A stretch of 64,000 bases of DNA from Flectonema sp. DT1601 (lineage: Eukaryota): positions 930,001 to 994,000 of the forward strand of contig OZ025797.1 of NCBI GenBank assembly GCA_964019425.1, written 5' to 3'. Below, piece by piece: positions 12,167 through 22,847 of the stretch. The notes under the pieces were generated by a model. It was not told where the DNA came from. It saw only the letters and a program-made list of their open reading frames with translations, and did no database searches. Position numbers and translations under genes: made by a program. Position 1 is the stretch's first letter. Each line of letters begins with the position of its first letter.

Positions 12167-13618
12167 CTAGCATTGGAAACACTGACAGCTAACATTTTGT
12201 TTCATTATAAAGGTCAACATTGAAGTAACTATTTGAGGGTGGCTGGAAGAAATGTCAGTTGTCTCGAATGGATCAGCTGACAGATTGAATAGAGCTAGAG
12301 GATCTGTTAAAGAAGGTTTTAGAGTAGTAACGTCAGCACAATATGGAACAACTCCCTTCATGTCACCCATTACAAGACCGTAGCCACTTCCTTTTCCTCC
12401 TTCCCACATTTCAGGAGTGTTCAGAACTTTACCAGTACCATCCCAAGTGAAGTAGAGATATTCCTTTGATGGTTGTGTCTTACCCATCAAAGTATCTAAT
12501 ATCGAAATACCATCTAAGTCAGATGGGATTTGATCTGTTGATCCAATCAAGTCAGCGATGGTTGGGATAACATCCCAGAAAGCCCATCTGTAGTTAGAGG
12601 TGCTTGGTTTAATTGTTCCTGGCCATCTAACCATGGTTGGTGATCTGACACCTCCCTCGTAAAGGGATCTCTTGTGTCCCAGAAGCCCACCGGTGCTGTT
12701 AAAGAACTTATAGCTGTGACCGCCTTCAAGGTGGGCACCGTTGTCGCTAGCGAAAAACACTAACGTGTTGTCATCAATTCCCTTATCTGTGAGTAATTTC
12801 ATTAGTTCACCAACCTTACCATCGAGGTAAGTGATAACTGCAGCGTGGTCTCTCTCGACATCCGGCCAGCTGGTCTCGTTAGCATACTGCAAGTCACTTG
12901 GAACTGGAGCACCCTGTTCCTGATGTTTGTCACCCCAGCCGCCAGCATGTGGAACTGTAAATGACAAGTATAAAAAGAAAGGCTTCTCACCACCAGCAAC
13001 AGTGTTTACCCAGTCAAATGCTCTGTCCTGAAACATGTCAATTGTGTAGTTGTACTCACTTGGGTTTGCCATACAAAGATTCCTGTTCTTTGGTTTCCAA
13101 TTTAACGTACAATTAGCCTTCGCCACTGCTGCTCCTTTCATTTGAGTATCAACAAGTTCCGGGTACATATCATGGCAGTCCGCTTGGTTAATTTGACCAA
13201 AGAATGCATCAAAACCCTGCGATGCAGGTCCTGCAAGAGGAGCAACCTTACCAAAAGCTCCAGTCTTATATCCGTTGCTTTGAAGCATCTCAGAAAGTAG
13301 AAATACTTCTTGATCAACGGGAATATTTGTTCCAACTAAACCGTGTTTTTCAAAGTTCCCAGAATGCCTTCCCGTGAATAAGGTTGTCCTACTCGGTGCG
13401 CAAACTGTGTATCCAGCGTACGCTTGTTTAAATACCATTCCCTCATTACCAAACTTATCCAAGTGAGGTGTTGCTATTCTGCCATGAATTGAACCTGCTG
13501 GATACAATCCGACTTCTCCCCATCCCATGTCGTCTGACATAACCCAAATAATATTTGGTTTTTCTGCTGCAGCTACTGTGCTGCAGGCCAGAAGAGCGCT
13601 TACGAACATTGCCTTCAT
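12167..13618 (-). CDS. Secreted/lysosomal formylglycine-dependent (Cys-type) sulfatase
   Basis: Signal peptide, KPNIIWVMSDDMGWGE, CAPSR (CxPxR) followed by LFTGRH, GYKTGAFGK, PH, SDNG, K-x-SLYEGGVRSP and LFNLSADPFE. No intron needed. Confidence 0.95.
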   Translation of the reverse strand: MKAMFVSALLACSTVAAAEKPNIIWVMSDDMGWGEVGLYPAGSIHGRIATPHLDKFGNEGMVFKQAYAGYTVCAPSRTTLFTGRHSGNFEKHGLVGTNIPVDQEVFLLSEMLQSNGYKTGAFGKVAPLAGPASQGFDAFFGQINQADCHDMYPELVDTQMKGAAVAKANCTLNWKPKNRNLCMANPSEYNYTIDMFQDRAFDWVNTVAGGEKPFFLYLSFTVPHAGGWGDKHQEQGAPVPSDLQYANETSWPDVERDHAAVITYLDGKVGELMKLLTDKGIDDNTLVFFASDNGAHLEGGHSYKFFNSTGGLLGHKRSLYEGGVRSPTMVRWPGTIKPSTSNYRWAFWDVIPTIADLIGSTDQIPSDLDGISILDTLMGKTQPSKEYLYFTWDGTGKVLNTPEMWEGGKGSGYGLVMGDMKGVVPYCADVTTLKPSLTDPLALFNLSADPFETTDISSSHPQIVTSMLTFIMKQNVSCQCFQC

Positions 13619-13789
13619 ATTATTTTAGGGCTGTTGGGGGGTTTAAGAGATAATAATAAGGCAATAACTACGTAAAACAATAATCCGATTCCGTTATTAT
13701 GTTTCCCCATTCTGACATAGAAGGCAAGAGATCAGATATTTCATTGTACTCGAAGCAGACAATGAAAACATTCTGCAACTACATTCTAC

Positions 13790-14881
13790 TTAGCTGGACA
13801 TTGCTTTTAGTTTTGCAGCCAGGTCGTCAACAGTTGATTTCTCAGATACTTTGACGAGGTCTTCTGTTGTAATTGCTGGATCCTCACCTATTTCTTCAGA
13901 TCGTAAAAAGTCGAATTGTAATCCCTCCTGGACGTCAACATCATCACCAGCACACTCTTCAATAATTGATATTCCCCATTCATTTGGGACGTCTTTCGGT
14001 GATGATTTGGGTTTTTCAGGAGCTGCGGTTTGTTCACATGGAACTCTCTTCTTAAATTCCTCTTGCATCCTTAGGCAGGTGTTATTGCTGCATTCTGGGT
14101 TTGCTTTGAGAGTGATGGAAGGGAAATTATCATTCAGGGAATCATATCCAACATAAGCAGAGACTTTTCCAAACTTTAAGAGATACTTCAAAGCAGATTG
14201 AGCTAAAAAGCCAGCTATTATACCCATCGTGGTTGGGAGTGATGCTGCGCAAACACCTTCTCGTTTTGGTTGTTTCTCTCCAGTTGCAACAACAAGTGGT
14301 GGTACACATTGATAACACGGTGTACTACCTGGTACCAAGACCTGGATGTGTCCAGAGACGGCATTTTCACTAACACCCGATTCCATCCAAATTTGATTTG
14401 ACTCAAGACAAGCTTGATTTAGAGCTAAACGAGCTTCGAAATTATCAACACAACACAACACCAGATCTACTTGACCATCAGTTTTACTTCCGGTTGCTAT
14501 TCTCTTTAATAGAATATCAAAGTTATCAACCGTTGTGATGTTCATATGGAGGGCTTCGAACTGGACGTCGGGGTTTATGTTTTTTAAAGTTTCCATAGCA
14601 GCGTCTACTTTGTGCATTCCACACTGGGAAGGTTGATAAAAAAGTCGATTCATGTTTGCTAACTCTACCTTGTCGTAGTCTACTAATATAAGTTTTCCTA
14701 TTCCACATCTTGTTAGCATTTCTGCACTGACGCTGCCAACACCACCAACTCCGACTATCAAGACCGTCTTATCGAGGATTCGTTCATAATTATCGACTAC
14801 TCCCATCTTTTGAAGAGCCATCAGTCTACTGTAGGGATTATCATCCCGCACCTCACTACTGAATCTGCCCGATTTAGACAT
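13790..14881 (-). CDS. UBA5: UFM1-activating E1 enzyme UBA5
   Basis: [56 protein letters not shown], catalytic [13 protein letters not shown]1-interacting NEWGI motif and C-terminal DLAAKLKAM helix. Confidence 0.97.
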   Translation of the reverse strand: MSKSGRFSSEVRDDNPYSRLMALQKMGVVDNYERILDKTVLIVGVGGVGSVSAEMLTRCGIGKLILVDYDKVELANMNRLFYQPSQCGMHKVDAAMETLKNINPDVQFEALHMNITTVDNFDILLKRIATGSKTDGQVDLVLCCVDNFEARLALNQACLESNQIWMESGVSENAVSGHIQVLVPGSTPCYQCVPPLVVATGEKQPKREGVCAASLPTTMGIIAGFLAQSALKYLLKFGKVSAYVGYDSLNDNFPSITLKANPECSNNTCLRMQEEFKKRVPCEQTAAPEKPKSSPKDVPNEWGISIIEECAGDDVDVQEGLQFDFLRSEEIGEDPAITTEDLVKVSEKSTVDDLAAKLKAMSS

Positions 14882-15022
14882 CTGTTGTGTTGCTAAAGAG
14901 GAGGAATTACGATTGAGAAATTCCAGTCTTTGATTCTCAAAAAAAGACTAACGAGATTCCCTATAGACGAGAACCTAACAGAACAATTGATGCGGATGGT
15001 GTACAACACAGCGGATGGTTAT

Positions 15023-15652
15023 TTAGGTACTTTTATCACCAGTTGAGTTAAGCACAGTTGTCTCTTCACCCTTTGGAGGTGGTAATTGAATGATATCAGT
15101 ATTACCGACATATGCTGTACGAAGACCTTCTTCCCAAGTCCAATTCATGAAAGCAGCACGTAGCATTTTGTTAAGATCTCCGTGTCCAACAACCGCGATT
15201 CGCTTTCCCTCAAAGCGTGAAGTGATCTCATTGAGAACTGAAGAAGCGCGTGAGAGTAGTTTTGGAAAAGTTTCACTTCCTGGAACGTCGAGGAAGTAAG
15301 TGACCTTATCAGTTACAAGTACGTTATCTCCAGCTACTTCTTTGATTGAAGTGACTGGCTTGCCAGTGAGAACTCCAAAATCTCTTTCTTTCAGATCATC
15401 AATAATAAGAAAGTTACTTTCATCAATACCACAAACTTTTTGAATCTCCTTCGCAGTAATCTTCGCTCTCTGAAGTGGCGATGATACAACAACATCAACA
15501 CTTCCAATCTCTTTTACTTTGTTCGCTACCATACCTGCTTGTTCCACTCCTAATTCAGTAAGAGGTCTATCTCTGTGACCATTCAAAAGCATTTCTGCGT
15601 TGTCTTCGTCCTGGCCGTGTCGGACAACTAAGAGTGTGGTTGAAGTGCTCAT
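15023..15652 (-). CDS. Histidine phosphatase (phosphoglycerate mutase-like) family protein
   Basis: LLVVRHG, D-x-PLTELGVEQA, SSPLQRA, LKERDFG, ET, VVGHG. ATG at 15652 (MSTSTT) is preferred over the upstream non-ATG start. Confidence 0.92.
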   Translation of the reverse strand: MSTSTTLLVVRHGQDEDNAEMLLNGHRDRPLTELGVEQAGMVANKVKEIGSVDVVVSSPLQRAKITAKEIQKVCGIDESNFLIIDDLKERDFGVLTGKPVTSIKEVAGDNVLVTDKVTYFLDVPGSETFPKLLSRASSVLNEITSRFEGKRIAVVGHGDLNKMLRAAFMNWTWEEGLRTAYVGNTDIIQLPPPKGEETTVLNSTGDKST

Positions 15653-15863
15653 TTTCTTTTTCACGATTTTTGTTTTTTTTTTGAGTCCTGTGATTGATAA
15701 GATTAACATCAAGCTGGTTAGTATTACTAGGTATCAGTTAATTAAAAAAAAACCATCGCAAAAATCCACGACAACTCAGTAACAGAATTAATACTTCTCG
15801 TTGTTGATACCACCACTCTGACAACTTCGGCAAACTCGAGTCTTCCCTATTATCATCGTCATA

Positions 15864-15974
15864 TTTATTTATTTATTTATTTATTTATTTACGAAGCCTA
15901 GGAAGCCAAAAGCCAAGAAAAGCTCACAGAGTAACAGTTATATCGCTACCAGCAACCGTGAGACTCTCACAGAC
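15864..15974 (-). mobile_element. SINE-like short retroposon with (TAAA)n tail, copy 1
   Basis: ~84-bp core differs from 33438-33539 by one substitution and one indel. Both copies end in a (TAAA)n run on the minus strand and share the same 5' end. Confidence 0.65.
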
Positions 15975-16244
15975 ATATAGAAGAGGCTGTTGATAGGGGA
16001 AAAAAAAAAAAAAAGAAAAAGAATTGCTTACGTTCGATCAGAAAAATAACATACATACTTGAAGCAAAGAACACAACAGATATAATGAAAAAACGTACTA
16101 TAAGAAAAGAAAACAACATCAACAATAACAACAACAACAAAATAGTATACAAAAAAATATAACTTTCAATCAAAGGTAAGCAATCCGTTGTGTGCATTAC
16201 GCAAACAGTAAGGACAGCAGTAATAAAGATAGCAGAAGAAACTT

Positions 16245-16275
<31 letters not shown>

Positions 16276-17220
16276 AAATTATTTATCGAACCCAAGGAAA
16301 ACCGGGTGGCCAAATACTCACAAGCAGTCCTACTGAACAAGAACCCTTTACGGCATCTTAGCTAAAAGCATATCTCAAAACGTCGTATCTAATCTGCATT
16401 ACTTGTTCAGATCACGAACGCGTAGAAAATCTACATAGCACACAACAGCAAAAGGAGGGAAAGAAGAAAAAAAAAGAATCGGCACTTCACTATAAATAAG
16501 TTGCGACACCAGTTTCATTTTGTTTGTAGCGCATCCGGAAAAACAAACAAACCCATAAAAGAAAAGTAAAACGTTATGATATTCGTATGACTCAGTTTAT
16601 GTAGAAAGTCCCTTAAAAAGGGTTAAAAATACAAATAAAAATCGTGAAAGGTTTTCATACTATACATTATCTTCGAAGAAATAGTGAAGTCCTCGAGCTG
16701 TCTCTGTCTCAATACCACTAAAGTGAATGATAAAACACATGTTGGTATTTTCCTTTCACCATTTCCTTTTTCCCTTGCTTCCCCTTTACGAGAACATAAT
16801 CAGTGCAAACAAGTCGCGAACTGATACAGGAACCAAATATTGATACTGAGCGAGGCAGATTCTTTAACAATTAATCAAAGAATTCCTAACCCATTTTACA
16901 CACAGGAACCAAATTAATGCAGGGCAAGGTAAAAGTTTTTTTTTTTTTTTTTTTTTGTTGCTGAAGTCAAAACTACAGAGTAAGTTCACGGGAATAACAG
17001 TAATTCGATCACAACCGCAAGACTCTCACACGAGAAGAGACGTAAGTTAACCAAAAGTAATTCATATGCAAGAAAACTATGAAAAGCTATATAAAAAAAG
17101 AAAATGAGGGGAAAAGAGTCCCTATATATGTATATTTTTTTTTCTTTCCTTGTTCTTGCAGTAGTCAGATGAAGAGAGAGACAAATACAATATCCAAACA
17201 CACACAGAAAAAGAAAAAAG

Positions 17221-17310
17221 AGGTGGTTTGAGATTTTTGAATATATTAATGAAAAAAATAAATATCTGTTGTACCAGAGTTTACTAAAATAAACGTTAGC
17301 TATGATCCAG
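17221..17310. repeat. Dispersed repeat, same orientation as copy at ~33744-33835
   Basis: Shared atttttgaatatatt.atgaa.aaataaatatctgt..tgtaccagagtttactaaaataaacg.tag. Confidence 0.85.
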
Positions 17311-17638
17311 TGAAAGCCAATAAAGGTAATATTAAAAGAGGGACTGCATTCTTAAGAGCGGGGATTAACTGTTCGATTTTGTACATAAAATATAAATGTA
17401 TTGTATCATAAACAAAGAAGGGGGAGGGATAGGGATACTCCAGTAGCTCTCTTATGTCCTCGCATGAATGGATCAACTGAAGGGAAATTGAGTTCACTTT
17501 TAACTTCAATTCATTTCACATAAATAAAAATCAAGAAAGCAATATACCAACAGAATTTCACATATTTAGTTAAGACACTCACAGAATTAGTTACTTATAT
17601 AATCCAACGTTGCCGTATATTTTGAGTGCTCTAAGGAG

Positions 17639-17667
17639 GGTAACTCACAGCAACAGAGGACCCAATC
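17639..17667. repeat. 29-bp dispersed repeat identical to 61835-61863; diverged relative near 21540-21594
   Basis: ggtaactcacagcaacagaggacccaatc occurs at both sites in the same orientation. Confidence 0.85.
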
Positions 17668-17784
17668 CGTAGCTATTTCCGAAGACTCAGTCTCGTTTTT
17701 TATAATATTTATTTCCTTTAGTTCTTATAAATAAAACCATATCATTGATATCGGTATTTAAAAAGAAATAATTTGGTTTAACTT

Positions 17785-18285
17785 CAAAACTAAATAAGCA
17801 CCAATTGCCTCACCAGAATCCCCAATGATGCACCGAATTATTAACGGAGGGAAGCAACTAGACAGCTCACGTAAGTTTTTTTGTTATTGTTTTGCATTAC
17901 TTGTGCTTCATGTAACAAAAAAAAAAACCACGTCACAGGTCAATAACAATGACAGTGATCGCGATCTGTACAAATCTGCACAGCAAGAAATATATATTGG
18001 TAGGGGAAATCTTTGATAAAAGTTTTTTTTTAAAATAATTGACGTAACTAGAAAAACTAAATAAGCACCGATTGACTCCCGAGAGTCCCGATGCACCGAA
18101 CACTTTTTAACGGAGGGAAGCACTTAGACAGCTCACGTAGGTTTATTTTCTTTTTGCTATGCTGTATAATCTTTGGAAAGTATTTTTATTTTTTTATTTT
18201 TGTTTTGTTTCATTTGTGCATGCATGTAAACGTCACAGGTCAATATCGACGATCGCAAATCTGTACACAAATTGAACAGCAATAA
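17785..18285. repeat. Diverged ~270-bp tandem duplication
   Basis: The blocks aactaaataagcacc, gatgcaccgaa, ttaacggagggaagca, tagacagctcacgta, cgtcacaggtcaata and gatcgc occur twice in the same order (~17785-17990 and ~18053-18285). Confidence 0.85.
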
Positions 18286-18644
18286 ATGAAATGTATATTT
18301 TGGTATAACAGAACTATCGTAAAAAATAAAAAAAAGGGGGGAAAAAAGAAAACAAACCCTCCAATCGTCATCAAAAACACTCCGTAGATCTTATAACACA
18401 TAAATGTGTTTTGTGTACGAAAACTGCAAACTAAAAGCTAAGAGAGCATCTACTACGTTATTAGTACTATTTTTTTTTTTTTTTTTTTAAAACACACGAT
18501 AGTTTTCATTGGAAGGGAATTACAAAAAAAAAAAAAAGGGAGGGGGAAAAAAATGGAAATTGTTAGTTAATCTGGAAATACGTCTAATATAATAGAATGT
18601 TATACAAGGTGGTTAATATCGAATTTTTCTTTATTAGACAGTTC

Positions 18645-20500
18645 TATACGCTAATAAGAACTCTTCCACACAATAACTCTGATAATAATAAAGTGATTCT
18701 TAACATAAATTATTCTGGATGGACTTAGTCGCCTCCGGGTCACTATTAATGCCATATCCGTACTGAAAAAGTATGGAAAATTGTTAGCTAATCTGGAAGT
18801 TAATAATATTAGTTTGTTATAAGAAAATTAAATTTTAATATAATAAAAAAAAACACACAACTCATGTATTTTGTATTTGCATCAAAAGTTGACTAAAATA
18901 CTAGTAAAGGGTGGGAAATATCCTCAACAAGGTGGATGATGCTGATTTTCCTATTAGTATTTATACGCTAATAAGAGTTCTTCCACACAATAACTCTGGT
19001 GATTCTTAACATAAATTATTCTGGATGGACTTAGTCGCCTCCGGGTCACTATTAATGCCACATCCGTACTGAAAAAGTATGGAAAATTGTTAGCTAATCT
19101 GGAAGTTAATAATATTAGTTTGTTATAAGAAAATTAAATTTTAATATAATAAAAAAAAACACACAACTCATGTATTTTGTATTTGCATCAAAAGTTGACT
19201 AAAATACTAGTAAAGGGTGGGAAATATCCTCAACAAGGTGGATGATGCTGATTTTCCTATTAGTATTTATACGCTAATAAGAGTTCTTCCACACAATAAC
19301 TCTGGTGATTCTTAACATAAATTATTCTGGATGGACTTAGTCGCCTCCGGGTCACTATTAATGCCATATCCGTACTGAAAAAGTATGGAAAATTGTTAGC
19401 TAATCTGGAAGTTAATAATATTAGTTTGTTATAAGAAAATTAAATTTTAATATAATAAAAAAAAACACACAACTCATGTATTTTGTATTTGCATCAAAAG
19501 TTGACTAAAATACTAGTAAAGGGTGGGAAATATCCTCAACAAGGTGGATGATGCTGATTTTCCTATTAGTATTTATACGCTAATAAGAGTTCTTCCACAC
19601 AATAACTCTGGTGATTCTTAACATAAATTATTCTGGATGGACTTAGTCGCCTCCGGGTCACTATTAATGCCACATCCGTACTGAAAAAGTATGGAAAATT
19701 GTTAGCTAATCTGGAAGTTAATAATATTAGTTTGTTATAAGAAAATTAAATTTTAATATAATAAAAAAAAACACACAACTCATGTATTTTGTATTTGCAT
19801 CAAAAGTTGACTAAAATACTAGTAAAGGGTGGGAAATATCCTCAACAAGGTGGATGATGCTGATTTTCCTATTAGTATTTATACGCTAATAAGAGTTCTT
19901 CCACACAATAACTCTGGTGATTCTTAACATAAATTATTCTGGATGGACTTAGTCGCCTCCGGGTCACTATTAATGCCATATCCGTACTGAAAAAGTATGG
20001 AAAATTGTTAGCTAATCTGGAAGTTAATAATATTAGTTTGTTATAAGAAAATTAAATTTTAATATAATAAAAAAAAACACACAACTCATGTATTTTGTAT
20101 TTGCATCAAAAGTTGACTAAAATACTAGTAAAGGGTGGGAAATATCCTCAACAAGGTGGATGATGCTGATTTTCCTATTAGTATTTATACGCTAATAAGA
20201 GTTCTTCCACACAATAACTCTGGTGATTCTTAACATAAATTATTCTGGATGGACTTAGTCGCCTCCGGGTCACTATTAATGCCATATCCGTACTGAAAAA
20301 GTATGGAAAATTGTTAGCTAATCTGGAAGTTAATAATATTAGTTTGTTATAAGAAAATTAAATTTTAATATAATAAAAAAAAACACACAACTCATGTATT
20401 TTGTATTTGCATCAAAAGTTGACTAAAATACTAGTAAAGGGTGGGAAATATCCTCAACAAGGTGGATGATGCTATTATTAGTATTTATACGCTAATAAGG
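18645..20500. repeat. Tandem array of ~6 near-identical 306-bp units with diverged flanking copies (to ~18553 and ~20947)
   Basis: The marker ggacttagtcgcctccggg starts at 18721, 19027, 19333, 19639, 19945 and 20251, a period of exactly 306. The only difference seen among core units is gcca(t/c)atccg. Confidence 0.97.
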
Positions 20501-21300
20501 AGTTAGCTGCCTCCGCCACATCCGTATTGAAAAAGAATGGAAATTTGCATAACATTGTGTCACTAAATTTTATAAGAAAGAAAATTTTTAATTTTTAATT
20601 ACAACAAAAAAAAAAAAAAAGCACTCGCATATATTTGTATTTGCATCAAAAGTTAACTAATAATAAATACTAGTATTTTGAGACAAAAGGGGGGTTAACT
20701 GTTTAATTTTGTACGTAAAATACAAATGTATTGTATCATAAACATTTACATTAGTTTTAGATACAGTGACTAGGTGTGATAATTGAAAGCAGCAGAAAAT
20801 CAAAAGGGGCCCAACAAGGTGGATGTTACTGATTTTTCTATTTGTTCTTTTCGCCAATATAAAAGTTCTCTCATACGATAACTTTGATAATAAGGTGATT
20901 CTTTACGTAAATTATTTTGAATGGATTTAGCTGCCTCTGGGTCACTAATGTGCTAGTGATGAACAACATTTTTGTTTATTTCTTTTAGTTCTTTTAAAAT
21001 TTTTCGTTTTTCAGAAAAGAACCAACTGTGACATGGCCACACGCAAAAAATTAAAGTCAAAGTTTGAGTTCTCCTACAAAACAATTTCATTCTTTTTTTG
21101 TTTTCAATTGGTTTTTATACAATAATATTAATTTAAAAAAGAAATAAATAAAAAAAATTCTTTAAGGGAGAGGCACACCTCAACAAACTTCTTTTTTTGG
21201 ATACTTATTATCAGCACTACGTAAAACATCCGGATCGTGTTGTTTAAAAAAATTGATTGCACGAATAGTTCTGTACAATAGAAATCACTACTGAATGGGA

Positions 21301-21331
<31 letters not shown>

Positions 21332-22266
21332 TAAGTTTACCCCATTTGTTAGCAGGAATTTTCCCGCAATAGGTATTCTTGCCTGCAATCACCCACTAGT
21401 AGTAAATATAAATTCACTAAGATTCATTACTGTTGTTCTCTTCCAAAGTATTAATGTGGGAGGTTGCCAAAACACATTGATTGGACGTTTCATCATCTCT
21501 CTGATCGAGGAGATGAATGAGTACACTTTTAGGTTACTTTAGTTATTTAATCCAACGCTACAGGACCTCAATTCGTAACCGTTTCCGAAGACTCGACATA
21601 GATTGTTGAATTATTATATTAAAGTTAATTGTTGCTTTAAGTTCATTTTTTTTTTTTTTTTTTTTTTGAGAAAGTCTAAGACTACCAACAATAAGAACAG
21701 ACTCAATGCAAAAAAAAAAAAAAAAAAAAAAAATCGCACTGTTTTTTTTACACACAACTTGTCATAAGCAAGAAAAGATAACAGAAGATACAACAAAACA
21801 TAACTTGAGAAAGGGGGTAAGGGGAAGGAAAAAAGGTCAAGATTCCAAGTTTTTTTTTTCCCCCCCTTCCTGCCCTCCTCTCAAAAAGTATCAATTTACC
21901 CTTCCGAACAACTGGCAACAGAGGCACAACTGCAAGTGCTACGCATAAAGATAAGAAGGAAAAGGGGAAACGATGATTGATATCATGAAGGACAAAAACG
22001 GAAAAGAAGCTCTCCTTAAGAAGTCAACTCCGATACCATCAGTACAGACAAGCTCATGGATAGTAAGAATAATAACCATTTTGTGCTTGCGAGCAATTGG
22101 AAAAACAAACTTTTACAACAAAGGGAAAAGTATAACTTTTTTTTTTTTTTTTTTTTTTTTCACTCGTAATAAGTGCTCGAGATAAGAATTAGAAAAGAAA
22201 AAAAGAAATCGGAAGAATGTGAGACTAGCCTTACGGCAAGCCAACGTGGTTGCGATTTACTTCTTA

Positions 22267-22350
22267 CCGACCTCAGCAGTTCAATATCTCAGCACGGGAG
22301 AAGAGAGCAACAGCGATTTTCCCAGTAACGGCGAGAGAACAGGAAACAAG
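22267..22350 (+). pseudogene. Degenerate fragment of the 5' end of eukaryotic LSU (28S-type) rRNA
   Basis: CGACCTCAG...TATCTCAGCACGGGAGAAGAGAGCAACAGCGATTTTCCCAGTAACGGCGAGAGAACAGGAAA parallels the conserved LSU start (CGACCTCAG...CATAT..TCAGCGGAGGA.AAGAAAC.AAC..GGATTCCC.CAGTAACGGCGAGTGAACAGGGAA), with ~25 nt deleted. Confidence 0.65.
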
Positions 22351-22847
22351 TAACTTACAGTGTCTAATTAACGAAAAACAATAATAAATTCCTCACCTTT
22401 TTTTTGTAGTTAGACCACCTTAAAGTTAATTTACTTATGACAGTTGTTAGTGTTTTGGTATTATTAAAAAATATATATTCAAGAAAAAAAAAAAAAAGAG
22501 AATACAAGAATTACCTTGCAAGTATCAGTGATTACAGCACCACTGAAAATAGAAGAGCAAAACATAGTTGTTTCTTGACGTTAATGATTGTGTCATCCAC
22601 CTTGATAATGCTACGAAGAAAGATAAAATGTAAATAAAACAAGGTAACCCGACAATAACAAGGAGAGAACTTGCAGAGTTAACCGAAGAGATACAGAATA
22701 AATCGTACCCTTCCCCCCCTCCCTAATAATAGTAAAAAATAACAGACAGCCGAAACAGAACAATTTTAAGGAATAAATTTAAAAAAAAAAAAAAAGAAAT
22801 AAAAGCAGCTCACACGAATGGAAATAAGTCGAATCGAGTACCACTTC

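Noticed and set aside
18645..20500. Array as CRISPR, spliced-leader RNA or 5S gene repeat
   Set aside because: There are no unique spacers, and I found no SL exon-like ...TTCTGTACT.TATTG/GTA or 5S motif on either strand.
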